Below are positions 1 to 13,184 of a DNA stretch of 64,000 bases, piece after piece (the first letter of the stretch is position 1; each line of letters starts with the position of its first letter). The notes below the pieces were generated by a model. The model was not told the origin of the DNA. It saw nothing but the letters and a program-made list of their open reading frames with translations, and made no database searches. A program made the translations under genes and the position numbers. The DNA is from Lama guanicoe. Its lineage: Eukaryota. The stretch lies in assembly GCA_013239625.1 (NCBI GenBank), contig MU054391.1:7099095-7163094 (forward strand). Direction: 5' to 3'.

Positions 1-99
1 CTTGCATGTCATTTCACTGGATTTAGGCCTGACAGAGCCCTTTGGGGCTTTAATTCTGTTATCCAATGTACTGATTTTGTTGCATCTGAAAATCTGACT

Positions 100-900
100 T
101 GCTTTGCGTTCCTTTCCTGGCTTCTATTGGATTGACAATTGAAAAAGTATTTTTTTCCATCTGATTTTCTATTTTTCTTTAGCAGATTCCATGACTCGAG
201 GTTGAATTCCCATTCTTTTAGTGGTTCTCCTTAATTTCTAGACATACCCACTGAACTGTTGTCTAAGGCAATGTAAAATTATTTGTAATTTCTATACTCC
301 TGCCAGTCATCACTCGGACGTTAGCTCAGTTGAGGCTGATGGCTGTTTTCCCTTTGTACTTAAAGAAAACTAGTCTTACACTATGTGTGTAGAATTATTT
401 TTATTTGCCCTTCTTAATGCTCAGGGTCTACTCTCACCACTCATGATTTACATCAGTTTTGGAAAATTTTCAGACAACTCTTCAAAAGCTTCTTCTCTGG
501 GATTTCCTTAATTCTCTTTTCTGGAACAGTTATTAGACATAAAATCTAGCTTCTCAGGCATCCTCCAGGTCTCCTACCTGCTCTTCTATGTCTTTCTTCA
601 TCGCTTTGACTTGCTGTGCTGGTTGAACTCTTCCGTACTACATTCCAGTTCGTTCATTCTCTCTTCTATTGCATCTTGTTAGATTTTATCCACTCTCTTG
701 AGTTTATCTTTGTTTTAGTTTCAGTGACTATATATTTCATTTCCAAAGCTTCTAATTGGTTCTTTTCCCCAGTTGCTAGCTGTTGTTTAAATTTTGTATC
801 TTTCTGTTTCATAATTTCTCTTTTTAGTGGAAGTTATTCCTTAATCTATATTTTTAAACATCTTAATTATTTCTTTAGAATAATTGCCAGGCTGTCCAGT
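100..900 (-). mobile_element. Old L1M-type LINE fragment
   Basis: T-rich degenerate sequence with L1M antisense hallmarks (tttggaaaattttcag...cttcaaa). Boundaries approximate. Confidence 0.5.
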
Positions 901-1844
901 GAAATGACGAAGTGAATTCATATTCCAAATGTTTATTTCTCTTGCCATCTTTATTAGCGTTGCATGTCTTCATAAGTGTAAGAACTTTGGAGATCATTTT
1001 GAACAAACGTGTGTTGTTGTTTTTTCTTTACTCTAATACACATTCCCCTTCCCCCTCCAGTCCTTTGTTCTCCAACATTAAGGCTGAAAGATTTAAGAGA
1101 CGCACCCAAGTCTAGTTGCCTCCCCAGGTCCCTGGAGCACAGTCCAGAGCGAGGCCTTAAAAGGTCAACCACAGAGCTCCTTTCTTGTAGAGATACTGGG
1201 GACTTTTTGACACAGACTTGAGTGAGACAGCACCTCAGTGTGATTTCTGTTTGAAAGGTTGTGTCATTGTTCCCTCACCTAGCCTTGTCCCCAAGCAGTA
1301 GGGCTGGAGAAAGTTTTGAGTCTCTTTTGGCCAGCAATGGAAACCCCTTCTCAAGACAGGCTTCAGTGTGGAGCCTGGCTCCTGGGCCCCACCTCACCTG
1401 CCCGCAGGTGCTGGTCACACCCTCTGCTTCTAGACCAGAGCCTCTTAGACCATGGCTTTACGTGTCTGATCTATCTCTGGTTCATGAAACATTTCCCTCG
1501 TTTGTGAGCCTCACTATGGCATTTTGTTTTGTCCTTTAATATACTGAGTTTGGATTAGAGGGGGCCATTCAAAATACAAATGCATTACAGCATCTTGACC
1601 CTAAGTCACACAGGGGCTTTCTACCCCAAGTCGATATTAACAAAATGCTTAAGGAGGAGAGAATAAGAACAGAGCCAGAGGCATGAGATTTGAGGCCTCG
1701 TCTAAGCGGATTTTCTTGTCCTTCAGGAATGTTAGTTGAACCAGCTGTACTTACTACAACATTACCCAGCCCAAGTCATGCAACACATCTTTTAGGGCAT
1801 GCTGAAAGATTTTATCGGATGCCTTGTTCAGACCTGTAATACCC

Positions 1845-1847
<3 letters not shown>

Positions 1848-1879
<32 letters not shown>
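1848..1879. repeat. (GT)16 microsatellite
   Basis: Direct reading. Confidence 0.97.
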
Positions 1880-1882
<3 letters not shown>

Positions 1883-3299
1883 ACATGCCCCTGCTCTGCC
1901 ACCCTAACTATTCTATGAAAAAAAAAAAAAAGCATTTTCTTTGCCAGGCTTGTTCCCTGTGAATTCTGGTGGCTGCCACTTTCTTACAGGCCATCCACGT
2001 CCCTGGCTCACACTAAGGATGACTCACTTGGAGGCGTGCAGGGTGAAGTCAACAAGGGCAATATGTCTTAAACGGGAGCATTGCCTCACTGTATCCTAAA
2101 TAAACACTGGCAGATTCAGAGCAAAAAGTCATCACCTATTACCCCAGGATTTTGAATGTTTCTACTTCCTGTGAAAATGCCACCAGAAAGGTGGGTCCCA
2201 CTTCCTTCTCTTTGCTTTGGCTCTGGCTGTGTGACTCCAGTGAGTCCCCTTGCACTTGAGTGGCCTCATCTGTAAAATGGGTTGCCGTGAAGGGCGAGTG
2301 ATGTGATACAGTGCTTCCCAAATACCTGAATGACCTGGGAGCTTCACAAAGTTCCTGGGTTCTCCCGCTAGAGATTTTGATTCAATAGGTTAGAGTGAGG
2401 CCTGCAATAGAGAACATTCGTGAATTCTTCAGTTCTGTTGAGCGAGCGGATGTAGATCCCGAGTCATAGTGTTGTGAACTACTTAGCAGTCAGTGCTCTG
2501 CAGAGGCCCCGCCTCCCTTCCTTCTCGCACGTTTCCACCTCTCCTTTCCTCTGAGGCACACGGTGCTCTGGTGTTCCCCACTTTGTGTCCCAGAAGAAAA
2601 CCGCAGGAGGAAACTCATTTAAATCACTCCTCTCCAGATGTTTTCTTTTGATAAAAATAGAAAAGAAGGGCAAAACTTAGTTCAAAGTTTTTATTTAAAT
2701 TTTACTGCCATTTACTAGGTCTGTCTTCTGTACCCTTTGCTAAACCCCAGGAAACAGAGATAAGCAGGGTCCTGGCTCTCTGATCTTGGGATTGTAATGC
2801 AGCCTGAGAAATTTAAGGCATCAAGACCAGCTAACGTGGTGGGGGCCTCTTCTTTGGGATCAGGGGCCTGTCTTCCTTGTACACGTCAAATCACACCGCA
2901 GAGGCTTTCTTCGGCTTGTGCCCAGTTGTGAATGGAACGAAGCTTTGTGGTTGTTGTGACAGACAAGATGGATCCAGCAGGTGGAGCTGGAGAGTCAGAG
3001 AAATTGAAAAGGCAGAGTGGATTGTCAGGGTCTCCGGAAGGTCAGGTGGGGCAAAGTCTGTGCCCCGGAGGCCCTGATGAACATGTTAAAAAAAAAGAAA
3101 AAGAAAAAGACTATGAAATTCCAGATCCCATCCCTATGGAGGCAAATTGTGGGCATCAGCAAGTTGCCCATGTGACTCTGATGTGAAGCCCACTTTGGGA
3201 AGCACTGATCTAGAGAATCTAGAATGATCTAAGTGTGATTCAGGCACTGCTGAATGGTCTGGTCAGCAGTCTGAGCTGGTCTGAGTCTAGAGCCCTGGG

Positions 3300-3450
3300 C
3301 TGGTCCTCAGACCAGCAGCAGAAGCATCCCCTGGGCGCTAATCAGAAGTGCAGACTCTCAGACCGACCCCAGGCCTGCCGGATCCAAATCTGCATTCTTA
3401 ACAAGCGCCCTCTGGCCCACTCACAGGCGTGTCAAAGTGCGGGAGATCAC
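3300..3450. mobile_element. MER5A-like hAT DNA transposon
   Basis: gaccagcagca...gcagactctcagaccgaccccag...aaatctgcattcttaacaag resembles the MER5A core. Confidence 0.65.
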
Positions 3451-4494
3451 CAAGAATGTTGCTTCTTGTTTACCTGGGAACCCACCCCTGGAACGGAGCT
3501 CCCCGAGGCCGGGTTTGTGTTTTGTGCTTGGTACCTCTCTGAGCATCAGTTTCCTCTTCTTTGCTGTGTCTCCTTCTCAAGGTTGTTAAGGGAACCAAAG
3601 AGTCTTCCCATATTAGATTGTGAATTCTTTGAGGCAAGGGCCATCTATTTTAAAAATTCTGCGCGCCCAATGCCTAGAGTTGAATGAACTTGTCATTTTG
3701 GCACAGAGAATTATAGAATCCTCGAAACAGAAGAGACTCTGTGGGTTGTATAGAACCAGCAACTCCATGATCGGATGAGGTTATAGTGAGGTTCACAGAC
3801 GTTTCTAGGGTCAGACGCTCCGTTATTGTCCCACGAGCTTCCTGCGAGAGCACCGGGTGACAGCTCCTGTTCTCCATGAAGCCTTTCTCCTTCCCTTGGC
3901 TCCTCAGAGCTGAGCTCAGCTCCCTGTCCTTGTGAGGGTCCCCCAACCCCTTTGTCCACAGCCGTCTTGATGCCTCTGAACTTCTGTGCCACTGAGCGTC
4001 CGTATCACTCGTCTGCCCGTGAATCCTGGACTGGCTTCCTTGTGTGTTCTGTCCTTGTTGTGTGTTGTGCTGGAGGAAGTCGCTGTGTTGTCTCACTGTA
4101 CGTACCAACCCCTTGGAGGACAGGACCAGGGTCCTTCGTGCACCCCCCACCCCCCACCCACTTCCCAGCCCAACACCTAGCACGGGACTGGCCGCATAAT
4201 AGTCATGGCTAACTTTTTGCGTATCTGTTAATTTTTTTAAAATATGAACACTTTCATACATACAACAGTTATAGAGAATAATATTGTGAACATCTGCATT
4301 GTGAACTACTACTTTGGAAAAAAAAGGTGATTATAGTTGAAGTGCTCCGTGTACTGCTCTCCAGTCATTTCCTCAGCATCTGTGAATCTCCATGACGACC
4401 CATCGTCTGTGACGCCACACGGTTTATTTGCTCCGTGTTGCTGCCCATCAAATAAGGATCTTAAAACCAAGGCCCAAAGCAGTCATGAGGCTAT

Positions 4495-4890
4495 AATTCA
4501 TTCAATTCCATCACTCAAGAATATTTATCGAGAGCCCCTTGGAGGCCAAGAACTGTGCTAGAAACTTGGGACACAGCTGTGGACAAATCTGACCGAAAGA
4601 AAACAAAACAAATTAAAAATAAAGCCTTGCTCTCACGGAGTTCACATCTGGACCATCCGTAAATGATAAGTGAAATAAATATGTAAATTATCTAATGTGT
4701 TGGAGGTCAAAAATGCAATGGGGAAAAATGAATCAGTACCAGGGTCAGAAATTCTGGAGTGGGAGGGCAGAACTATGGTCAGATAACATCTGAGCAAAGA
4801 CTTGACTGAGTTGAGGGAGTTGGTCATCTGATTTGAGAGGAAAGATGCTCCTGGTAGAGAGACCCTAAGGTGGAGCAAGGACCCTAAGGT
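4495..4890. mobile_element. L2 LINE 3' fragment
   Basis: attcattcaa...aatatttatcgag...tgtgctag, followed by an L2-like body (catctgagcaaagacttga). Confidence 0.6.
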
Positions 4891-6884
4891 GGAGCATTTG
4901 GGGACCAAGTGGACCAGGTCCCTAAGTCATGTACACAGGCTCAGGCTGGCTGCTGGCTTTCTGGACAAAGCACGGAGAGGCAGGAGCAAATCCAGCTTCA
5001 TCCACCACTCCGCCAGCCCTGCGTGGCCTGCGGGTGCGTCCTCCTGCCCCACATCAGGCTGCAGGCCACCGGGGGCTGCTGCTCTGAGCTTTGACACCCT
5101 TGTACCCCTTCCCATCCTCTGTGGATTCTTTTCCCCTTTCAGCCTTGAGAATCCCTGTCCACTTGCACAGCTGAGCTCAGCTGTCGCTCCCCTGTGGCCC
5201 TCCCTCTACACCTGCTACATCGTGCTCTCTTTCACATGGCTCTCCAGATCAGCAGGCATCCGTGGCGTGGGCCTGGGACCTCTTCAGAACTGCGCCCCCA
5301 CCCCCAACCTTGTCTCTGGATCCCCAGCCTTTTGCCCAGAAAAGGGTATTTGTTCCTAAGAGCTGAGCCGTGTCCCGTGAGAACAGTCTGAGTAGTCCCC
5401 TAGCTCAAGTCCTAAGAAGGATGCACCTGTGGAGTTCTGGCTTGTTCTCTCTTTGTTTTCAAGTGAAGCCGTCATCATACAGGCAGCCCGCAAACCCGAG
5501 GCCCCGTGTGTGCCCCCAGGCCAGCCTGCGGCACATTCCAAAAGCCTAGCCCAGCTCATGTGTTTGTGGCAGCCCTGAGCTCTGACTGCCTTCCAGGCTG
5601 GAGCAGCGGCTCCTGGGGGCTGGTGGCCAGTGCTGGGGTCTGGGGGATGGGGTGCAGGAAGGAGCACCCCTCAGCCCCTCTGCCCACACCAGGTTTTGAC
5701 TCCTGCCTCTCCCTGTTTTAGCCTGAAAGTCTTTGCATCACAACTTAGGAATTCAGCCCGCCTCCCCAGGTTTGCTGAGCCTTGGCGACCTACTTGTTCC
5801 TTTCTTACCTGTCGTTGGTAGTGACGAGGCTTAGCCCGGGATCAAGGAGAGGCCACCATCATGGGTGAGCTGAATGGAGGAGCTCTTGGTTGGCCATCTT
5901 GTGACTGAACACCTGACTCACGCCTAGTCAGCCTGTTGGCTGTGGGCACCTGGCTCCCAGGTCCCTGCTCTGTCCCACCGCAATGACAGCTCCCTCCTCC
6001 CACCTCCCCAGGCCGGGAGCCAGCCCCACCCCCAGTCAGGAGCAACCCCCTGAGAAGGAGAGGGCAGGCCCTGCTTGTCATGCTTCCCTCAAATGTGGGT
6101 GACGTCCCAACCTGGACGTACCCGGCTTTGCGTGCAGTCATGGCCAGGCTGTAGGTGGCGGGGGTGGTCAGAGAGCACCACTGTGTCCAGCACAAACTGC
6201 GTTGTGATTTTCTCCAGAGCAACAGACAGCCTTTCCCTCCAGTGCCCCTCCCCGCAGGTCCCAGTTCCACAGGGATGTGGGTGTCTGTCATCTGGGTCAG
6301 CTCAGCTCGTGGTGCTCCGGGGCAAGCCCGGAGAGTGGGGCACATGTGTGCTGAGTCTTCCGCTGCCCTCTCTCCAGCCTGGCAGGGGACCAGCTACACC
6401 GCAGCTGTCTCAGGAGACCAGGTGTTTTCGTAGAAGGAACTGGACGTACACAGGATCAGGAGGCTCTCTCTGAGTTCTTGATGTGAAAGTCCTCCCCAGA
6501 ATCCGAGCTGCCGTGACTGACTCCCTCCTCACCCGCCTCTTCTGAGAAATGCTAGAACAGTGTCATGTGGACCTAGTGTCTTCAGAGGCAGCAATTTCTT
6601 CATCTTCGTGGTTGTTGTTTCTACATAGAAACCCATCCCCTTTTGAGCTAATGAATTGGGGCTTGATTTCTTTTTTTTTTTAAATGTGCCTTCTCATCTC
6701 TCCAGCATTTCCACCCTCCCATCATAAACTCTTTCCTCAGAGCAACTGAATTTGCTGAGTGTATTAAATCTGTGGATGCTGTAGGTAAAAAGTTTGTTCT
6801 GTTTGTTCTCCCCCCAAACTTAAAAGATGAGCTGATTAGTCCAGACCAATGTTGAATTGGTAGATGGTATAGAAAAGCTGTTTT

Positions 6885-7241
6885 TAAAAACAGATGTAAT
6901 TGACATGTAACATTTTATTAGTTTCAGCATAATGATTCTATATATAGCTATATCATGGTTAACATCCATCACCATACAGAGTTGCACTTTTTTCTTCTCT
7001 TGTGATGAGAACTTTTAAGATCTACTCTCTTAGTGATTTTCAAATATACAACACAGTATTGCTAACTATGGTCACCACGCGGGATGTTACATCCTCAGGA
7101 CCTGTTTCATAACTGGAAGTTTGTCCCTTCGGACCCCCTTCACCCATTTCGCCAACTCCACCCCCTGCCTCTGGCAACCACCGATCTAAAACAAAGCAAA
7201 ACGGAACTCACAGATACAGAGAACAGGCTGGTGGTTGCCAG
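6885..7241 (-). mobile_element. L1MA-type 3' end with an inverted terminal segment
   Basis: Antisense L1 3' UTR (tgtgatgagaacttttaagatctactctcttag...ctggcaaccacc) followed by a sense piece (aactcacagatacagagaacaggctggtggttgccag). Confidence 0.75.
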
Positions 7242-8863
7242 CACCTACTTTTTAAAAGCTGGGCTTGTAAATTGCATGCAAATGTGAGAACATGGGCTGC
7301 ATACGTTTCTCCCGGGGTTCTGAAGTGCACGGTGCCCTTCAGGAGGTTGTTGCTGGCTCTTCTTTTTAAACAGAGTGAACCTGGTTTATTAGGAGCCTTC
7401 TCGTTTGGAATCTGTGATATTTCAGACACGAGGCTTTGCCCATTTTGTGAACAGAGCTTTGTCCTGAAACTTAAGAGCATAAATGCAATATACGAGCTGC
7501 CACTTTTGGGTTGTCAGTTACAGGTCTGAGGCCGTTGCTCAGGCCCATCAGCCGAGTTCAGGTTTTTGCACTTCGGGCCTCCTTTAAAGCACTCTCCTCA
7601 AAAAGTGGCCCTCAGGCATTTTAGAACCCTCCTTTATATGCAAAATACTGTGTTATTTGTATCTCTTTTAAAAAGATATATCCACATCAAAACCTTTCTA
7701 GGGGGCACTTTGTTGCTGACGCCAAGTCATTATTTGTAATTGAAAAAATAAAGTGTGTTGTATGTTGACATGAGTCTCGGGCTTGGTGCAAATTAACAAA
7801 GTTTGACTTAATGGGCCTCACGGTTTCCAAGCCTTCGGGGAAGCCCTGCCAGGGTTGGACCTCGCCTCAGGCTTGACCATCTCCGTGACTGAAGGGGGTG
7901 TGAGTCCCTGGAGAAGAGGACAAAGGAGGGAGGACACAGAAACCAAGCCTCCACATTGCCACCCGATGGTATTGGTCCTGATTGCCTCTTCCTCCTCCTC
8001 AAGCTTTGACTCCTGTGAAATGCAAAGCCCTCGAGGAATCACTGTCTCACCGGCTGAGAAACTGTAAGTGCTGTAAATGTGGTCTCGGTACCTCTGACTG
8101 CACCTGCAGGACATCACTTCTTTCATTCATACATCCAGCTGATGGTCATCGAGTGACCACAGTGTACTGGGCTCTAATGAGCAAGAAGAGTAAGCTGGTG
8201 GCTGCTTGTGGGGAGCTCCCAGTCCAGGGGGGACAGGCAGGCCAGGTCCTATGACAAGTGCTAGCATTAAGATACGAACCAGGTGCTGACATGGAAATGA
8301 TTGATTGCACACACAGGAGCTGGGCCAGATATCACAAAGGAGATGGAAGGTGAGTAAGAGTCGGCCAGCTGGACAAAGGAGGGCAGAGTGGTTTAGGGCA
8401 CAAAGAGCATGTCGGCTGTGTGGCCTTGGGAAATTTACTCAATCTTTCTGAAGCTCAGCTTCTCCAATAGAAACCAGGATGGTAATACCCACAATGCTTA
8501 GAGAAGAATGATAGAAATTAAATGTGGGAAGCACCTGGGATGGCACCTAACTCACCATGGATGTGTGTTATTTTTCCACACTAGTCTAGGAATAAATAAC
8601 TCAAGTGATCGTATCTTAGTCATCTTTGTAATTGCCCCAGTGATGAGCTCAGTACTTAAAACAGGGCAAGGCCCGTAGGACGTACTCAGTTAATGTGTGA
8701 CTAGACTTGTCTGACCCAGTCCTCGCTGGTTTCTTTGCTCTGAACTTCAGCAGCAGTCAGGCTTGTCCACAGCACCTGGCAGAGGTGGTTCACACAACAG
8801 ACTCTCAACACCCATGAGTGACTGTGCCATCCCTTTAGTATGTCGTTTTTTTATATGCAGAGG

Positions 8864-8897
8864 AATAATAATAATAATAATGATGATGATGATGATA
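8864..8897. repeat. Compound (AAT)n(GAT)n microsatellite next to a MIR
   Basis: aataataataataataatgatgatgatgatgat. A MIR core (cccattttacagatgaaaaattgaagcacaga) follows at about 8990. Confidence 0.85.
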
Positions 8898-9336
8898 TGA
8901 CATGTATTTGATGCATCATATGTGTCTGTTTCTGTGCTAAGTGCTTTAAATTCATTCCCATTCAATCCTCATCATAACAATATATTCTCACCCCCATTTT
9001 ACAGATGAAAAATTGAAGCACAGAAAAGTTAAGTAACTAGATCAAGATCACACAGATATTTTGTGACGGGTCTAGGGATTTGAGCTCAAGCCAGTCAGAT
9101 TCTAGAAGCTATATTTTAGTCACCCTATAAAAAGCTATGTGAATTACCAATTGTTGTGTCCAAGGTTGACGTGCCCTTTCGGGTTGGCTGGGTGTCAGTT
9201 TGGTAGGGTCGGTGGCCTTCCTAAAACTGTCCCTAAATATTTTGTATAATCTTCCTGGGGATGTCGATGTCTCCATGTGATCATGGCTGCCTCTGCCAGG
9301 TCCCACCTTCTGGTCTTGAGGCTCCAGGATGCCGAG

Positions 9337-10030
9337 TGTTTTAAGGATAACCAAGATTTGCTTAATTCAGGTACGGTGAGACATGCGGACCCAGAAATGA
9401 CTGTCATGAAGGAAGAAGTCTATGGGTTTCACAGATCCCTACAAACAGGAGGCAGGTACTCCTTGCAGGGCCACACGAGGAAGCATCAGGGTCAGTCAGG
9501 AGGTCGAAGGAAGTGGGAAAATGTGGGTACGAGTCTCTACTGAGGTTTCCAAGGGTTGGGGATGGACAGGCAGGGTGAGCAGGCTTAGGGCTGGCCAGTG
9601 TGAATGGTTTGTTTCAGCAGGCTCTGGGGGACAGGGGCTGTCCCTCGTTGTCTGGGCCCTCCTCCCGGGCTGATGAGGACAGGTGGACAGTGGCCCAGAT
9701 AGCACTTGATCAAGGAGGTGGTTGAGTTAAGGGCTTTGGAGTGGTCGGTTTACAAGTGAAAGATGTGCCCTGAAAGTCATCAGGCCTGGGACCTGAAGGA
9801 GAAACCAATCATGGAGAGCTGGACTTCAGCTGGGCCACTTGTAAGAGGTTTTTATTCTGAAGAAAATAGAGAAATCGTGCTGGTTTTTCTTTTGAATCAC
9901 AAGACCAGGTGTTTGGAAGTGACACTGAATTTTCTTTCTGGCTACTCTGGGAGGGGCTGTCTCTCCAGGGTCAGCAAAGCTTTAGATATTAAAGCACTAA
10001 ATATAGAAAATGGAAAGACATGGTTAATAC
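9337..10030. mobile_element. ERV LTR, MER21/MER77-like (subfamily uncertain)
   Basis: ttaattcaggtacggtgagacatgc...gggccacacgaggaagcatcagggtcagtcaggagg... resembles this LTR group; ends ...catggttaatac. Confidence 0.55.
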
Positions 10031-11339
10031 GCTCTGTAACATGGATGCTTGAGAGAGACAAACCTTGGCTAACCTGGCTAGAGAAGCAGGAAATCTTAGT
10101 GTGTAAGTGTGTGCCCAGGGCTCTTGGTGCGATAAGGGCTGCGTGGAGAGGGTGTGGGGATGTTAGCGGAGCAGGCTGGGGCCAACTTCCCTTCCTCTGG
10201 CCTCAGTTCAGTCTCGTCTCTCATCACCATGGCGTAAACATCTGTTTACATTCATTTTTTGCTGCCCGCCCTACTCCACTCCCAACCCTCCCGTGTTCCT
10301 TCCACTAGTCTCCCCATTCAGACCTCAATTTCCTAAAACGACTCTCTCATCTTTCCCCGAGGGAAGAGATGGGAGGTATGCATGACTGACACCCAGGGTT
10401 GGAGACTACCCCTGTTATTTCTGCATCAGAATTTCCCCCACGGAAGCTACCCGACCCACAAATACCACCATTTGCTCAGCAGAAAAGGGATTTTGATATT
10501 ATGCTATTTGGGAAAATGCTACATTTTACATTCCCTTGTGGAAATTGATAGCGTACAATCAGGTAGTAAGGGCACTGAGCAGCTCTACAGGAAAATACAT
10601 CTTTATCTCTGTTTCATCAAATGTTTCCAAATCTACTGCCCCACTGTACAACTGGTTTTCACATAGACTGACTACCATCCCATGAGAACTCCTCGGGGAC
10701 TGCGGCTCTGCGTGTTGGGTGGAGAGGGGGGTGGCTTGGCTTTGAGATGCTCACCCGTGGGAGTGGGGTACCCAGGCTTACAGGGCTGCAGGCGCCCCGG
10801 AAGCCTGGGCTCTCATCCTGGACTGATGCTTCCTGGATCCCTGAGCTCCCGGCCTTGCCCGGAACATGACACCAGGCCTTGCTCCTCTCTGATCCTGGCA
10901 TGGTGCCCGGCAAACAGTGATGCTCAGTGCCTGCTTGTATTGAGTGAATTCATTAGAACCTGCTCATTAGGCGCTATGTCCTTGTTTTCCAATCGGACCT
11001 TATCCTTGTATAAACACACACATGTGCAGACGTCTATGGTCCGTGTGGGTTCTTCTCAAAATAGACAAGGAGGCACGTAAGCACTGGGATGAGACTTCAC
11101 ACAGGAATGTCCTCATTTTGCTGTAAATAGACACCCAGGTACACACAGAAAATAAGAAACCACACATCTCAAACACACAGAAGCACAGACGGTGCAGATA
11201 CGAGCAGACGCACAGACACACTTGGGAAAATAGGCACAGTCCCTCTCCACCGTGAACAGACACAGATGTAATTTTACACCTAAACACACAGGGAAACGCA
11301 AGCCAGACTCCTCCCCACAACCACATCCTCTGTTCTGGC

Positions 11340-11830
11340 TCTTTATTCCTCCAAAGCAAACTGCTTCAAAACTCAGGGCCTTCACACAACCGTGATCTTA
11401 TTTACCTCTGGATTTCATGGTTCAGGATTTGGGCGGGACTTGGCTGGGTGATGCATCGCCTCCTGGTGTATTATGGAGTTGACTCAGTGGAAACTGATCG
11501 CTGGATGGGCTGGTCTGGACAGACCACAAGGGCTTCCCTCACGTGTCTGGGGGCTTAATGGAGGCGGCCGGAAGGCTGGGCTCAGCCAAGACTGTTGACA
11601 GGAGGGCCTCCAGGGCCTCTCAGACCTGACATCTCAGGGAAGTCAAACCTCTTAGGTTGCAGCCGGCATCCCCCATAAAGAGCACTGCAAACCGTGGAGG
11701 GAACACTGGAAGGTTTCTTAGGGCCTCAGGTGTTGAAGAACGCCTCTTGTCCTGCATAGCACTGAGCAAGCAGTCCCTGGGCTCTCTCACCTGTCCGTGG
11801 TGGGAGCTGCAAGGAATCTGAGGGCATCTG
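11340..11830. mobile_element. Old MLT1 (ERVL-MaLR) LTR fragment
   Basis: caaaactcag...caggatttgggcgggacttggctggg...ctcacgtgtctgg...ggctgggctcagc motifs typical of older MLT1 subfamilies. Confidence 0.55.
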
Positions 11831-12329
11831 TAATCTAATACCCATTCCACCCCCCACCCCCACACATGCACGCGAAGCCTATTTAGCCCCTGTGAAGCTT
11901 AAGCCTTCCTATTCAGCACACCCCTGGAGTTGCCTCTGAGCCCGGAGTGGCAGCTGGGAGGGCCGTGCCCTTGGGCAGAGCTGGGTAGGGGTGCCTCCTT
12001 TCATTGCCTTCCCAGGGACCGCATATGAAATCCGAGGCTTGGGTCAGAGCCTGGACTGGGGTCACTTCTATCCTGGGAGTCACATCTCCAGTGGTTGCAG
12101 GGCCCAACACCGCCTTCATCTTCCCTTAAGAAAAGTACAAAAAAAAGACCATCCATACCGTGCCCCTCCCATACCAGTGGCCTGAAATGCAGGAGTGATG
12201 TTGTGGCTAAGAGGTCAGTCAAACCTCGGTCAAATCCACCCATCCGCCACTTGCTCCTTGTGTGACCTTGACCAAGTTCCTCGACCTTCTGAGCTCCAGT
12301 GCCCTCATCTGTATATTGAGAAAATCATA

Positions 12330-12900
12330 TGTTCATTGTTCCATTCAACCGGTATGCGTTGACTGTCTTCCTGGGGATGCAGTGAGAACAATCCTGTCCC
12401 TGATGGAGGAAGCTGTCATTAGCTGAATAGTTATGCAAACAATGTAACTTTGCCCCCTGTGCTGAGTGCTGTGAAGGAGTGATAAGGGTGCTATCAGAGG
12501 GTGTAACACGATGTGACATGTCAAGGAGGCCAGGGACAGCTTCTCTGAGGTGACACTTGGCTGTGGTCTGGGGGACAAGTAGCAGCTAACCAGCTGAAAT
12601 GGGCAGAAGAAGTAACACATGCAAAGGTCCTGTGGCTGGAGAGAATAAATTGAACAGGTGGGGGGAGTGAAAGGCCAGTATGACTGGGTCAGAGAGATCA
12701 AAGGGTGCAGATGAGAGATGAGACTGGACAGGTGGGTGGAAACTTTGTTCACCAAGCTAAGGAAGGGTTTAAAAAATTGTATACATTTTATATATTCACT
12801 TGAATGGCTTTAATCATTGGAGTGACATGACCAGATTGTGTTTCAAAAAGATGACCTTGGCTACAGCATGGAGATTGAACTGCAGCATCACAAAAGGAAT
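12330..12900. mobile_element. L2 LINE fragment
   Basis: cattcaac...agggacagcttctctgaggtgacact...catgcaaaggtcctgtggc...gagtgacatgaccagattgtgtttcaaaagatgaccttggct. Confidence 0.65.
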
Positions 12901-12923
12901 TGTGGGTGATCCCATTAGGAAGC

Positions 12924-13184
12924 TGTGCCAGGCAGAATAGTGGCCCCCCAAAATACGTCCGTGTCCTGATCCTCAGAACCTGTGAATACGTTAATTACAT
13001 GAAGAAAGAAAAATTAAGGTTGAAGGTGGAATTAGTATTACTCATCACTGACCTTAAAATAGGGAGATTATCCTGGATTATCAGGGTTGGCCTTGTGTGA
13101 TCCCATGAGCTCAGAGAATGGGTCAGAGAGACGGGGCATCAGAAGCACCTAACCTGCCCTTGCTAACTTTGAAGATGCAGGAAG
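12924..13184 (+). mobile_element. MLT1D-like MaLR LTR fragment
   Basis: tgtgccaggcagaatagtggcccccc aaa...cctcagaacctgtgaatacgtt...agggagattatcctggattat. Confidence 0.75.

Noticed and set aside
5832..5930. Possible distal first coding exon of the long LPIN1 isoform (ATG GGT GAG = MGE at 5861; also a TCATGG|gtgagc donor at 5864)
   Set aside because: The MGE frame stops after 15 codons with no donor. The frame ending in SW|gt has an in-frame TAG at 5832 and no ATG. Similarity to the recalled human MGEQDG...SAWSW is too weak; the true exon probably lies upstream of the window.
12263..12271. Perfect ERRE TGACCTTGA
   Set aside because: Part of the MIR consensus (tgtgaccttg); no independent support.
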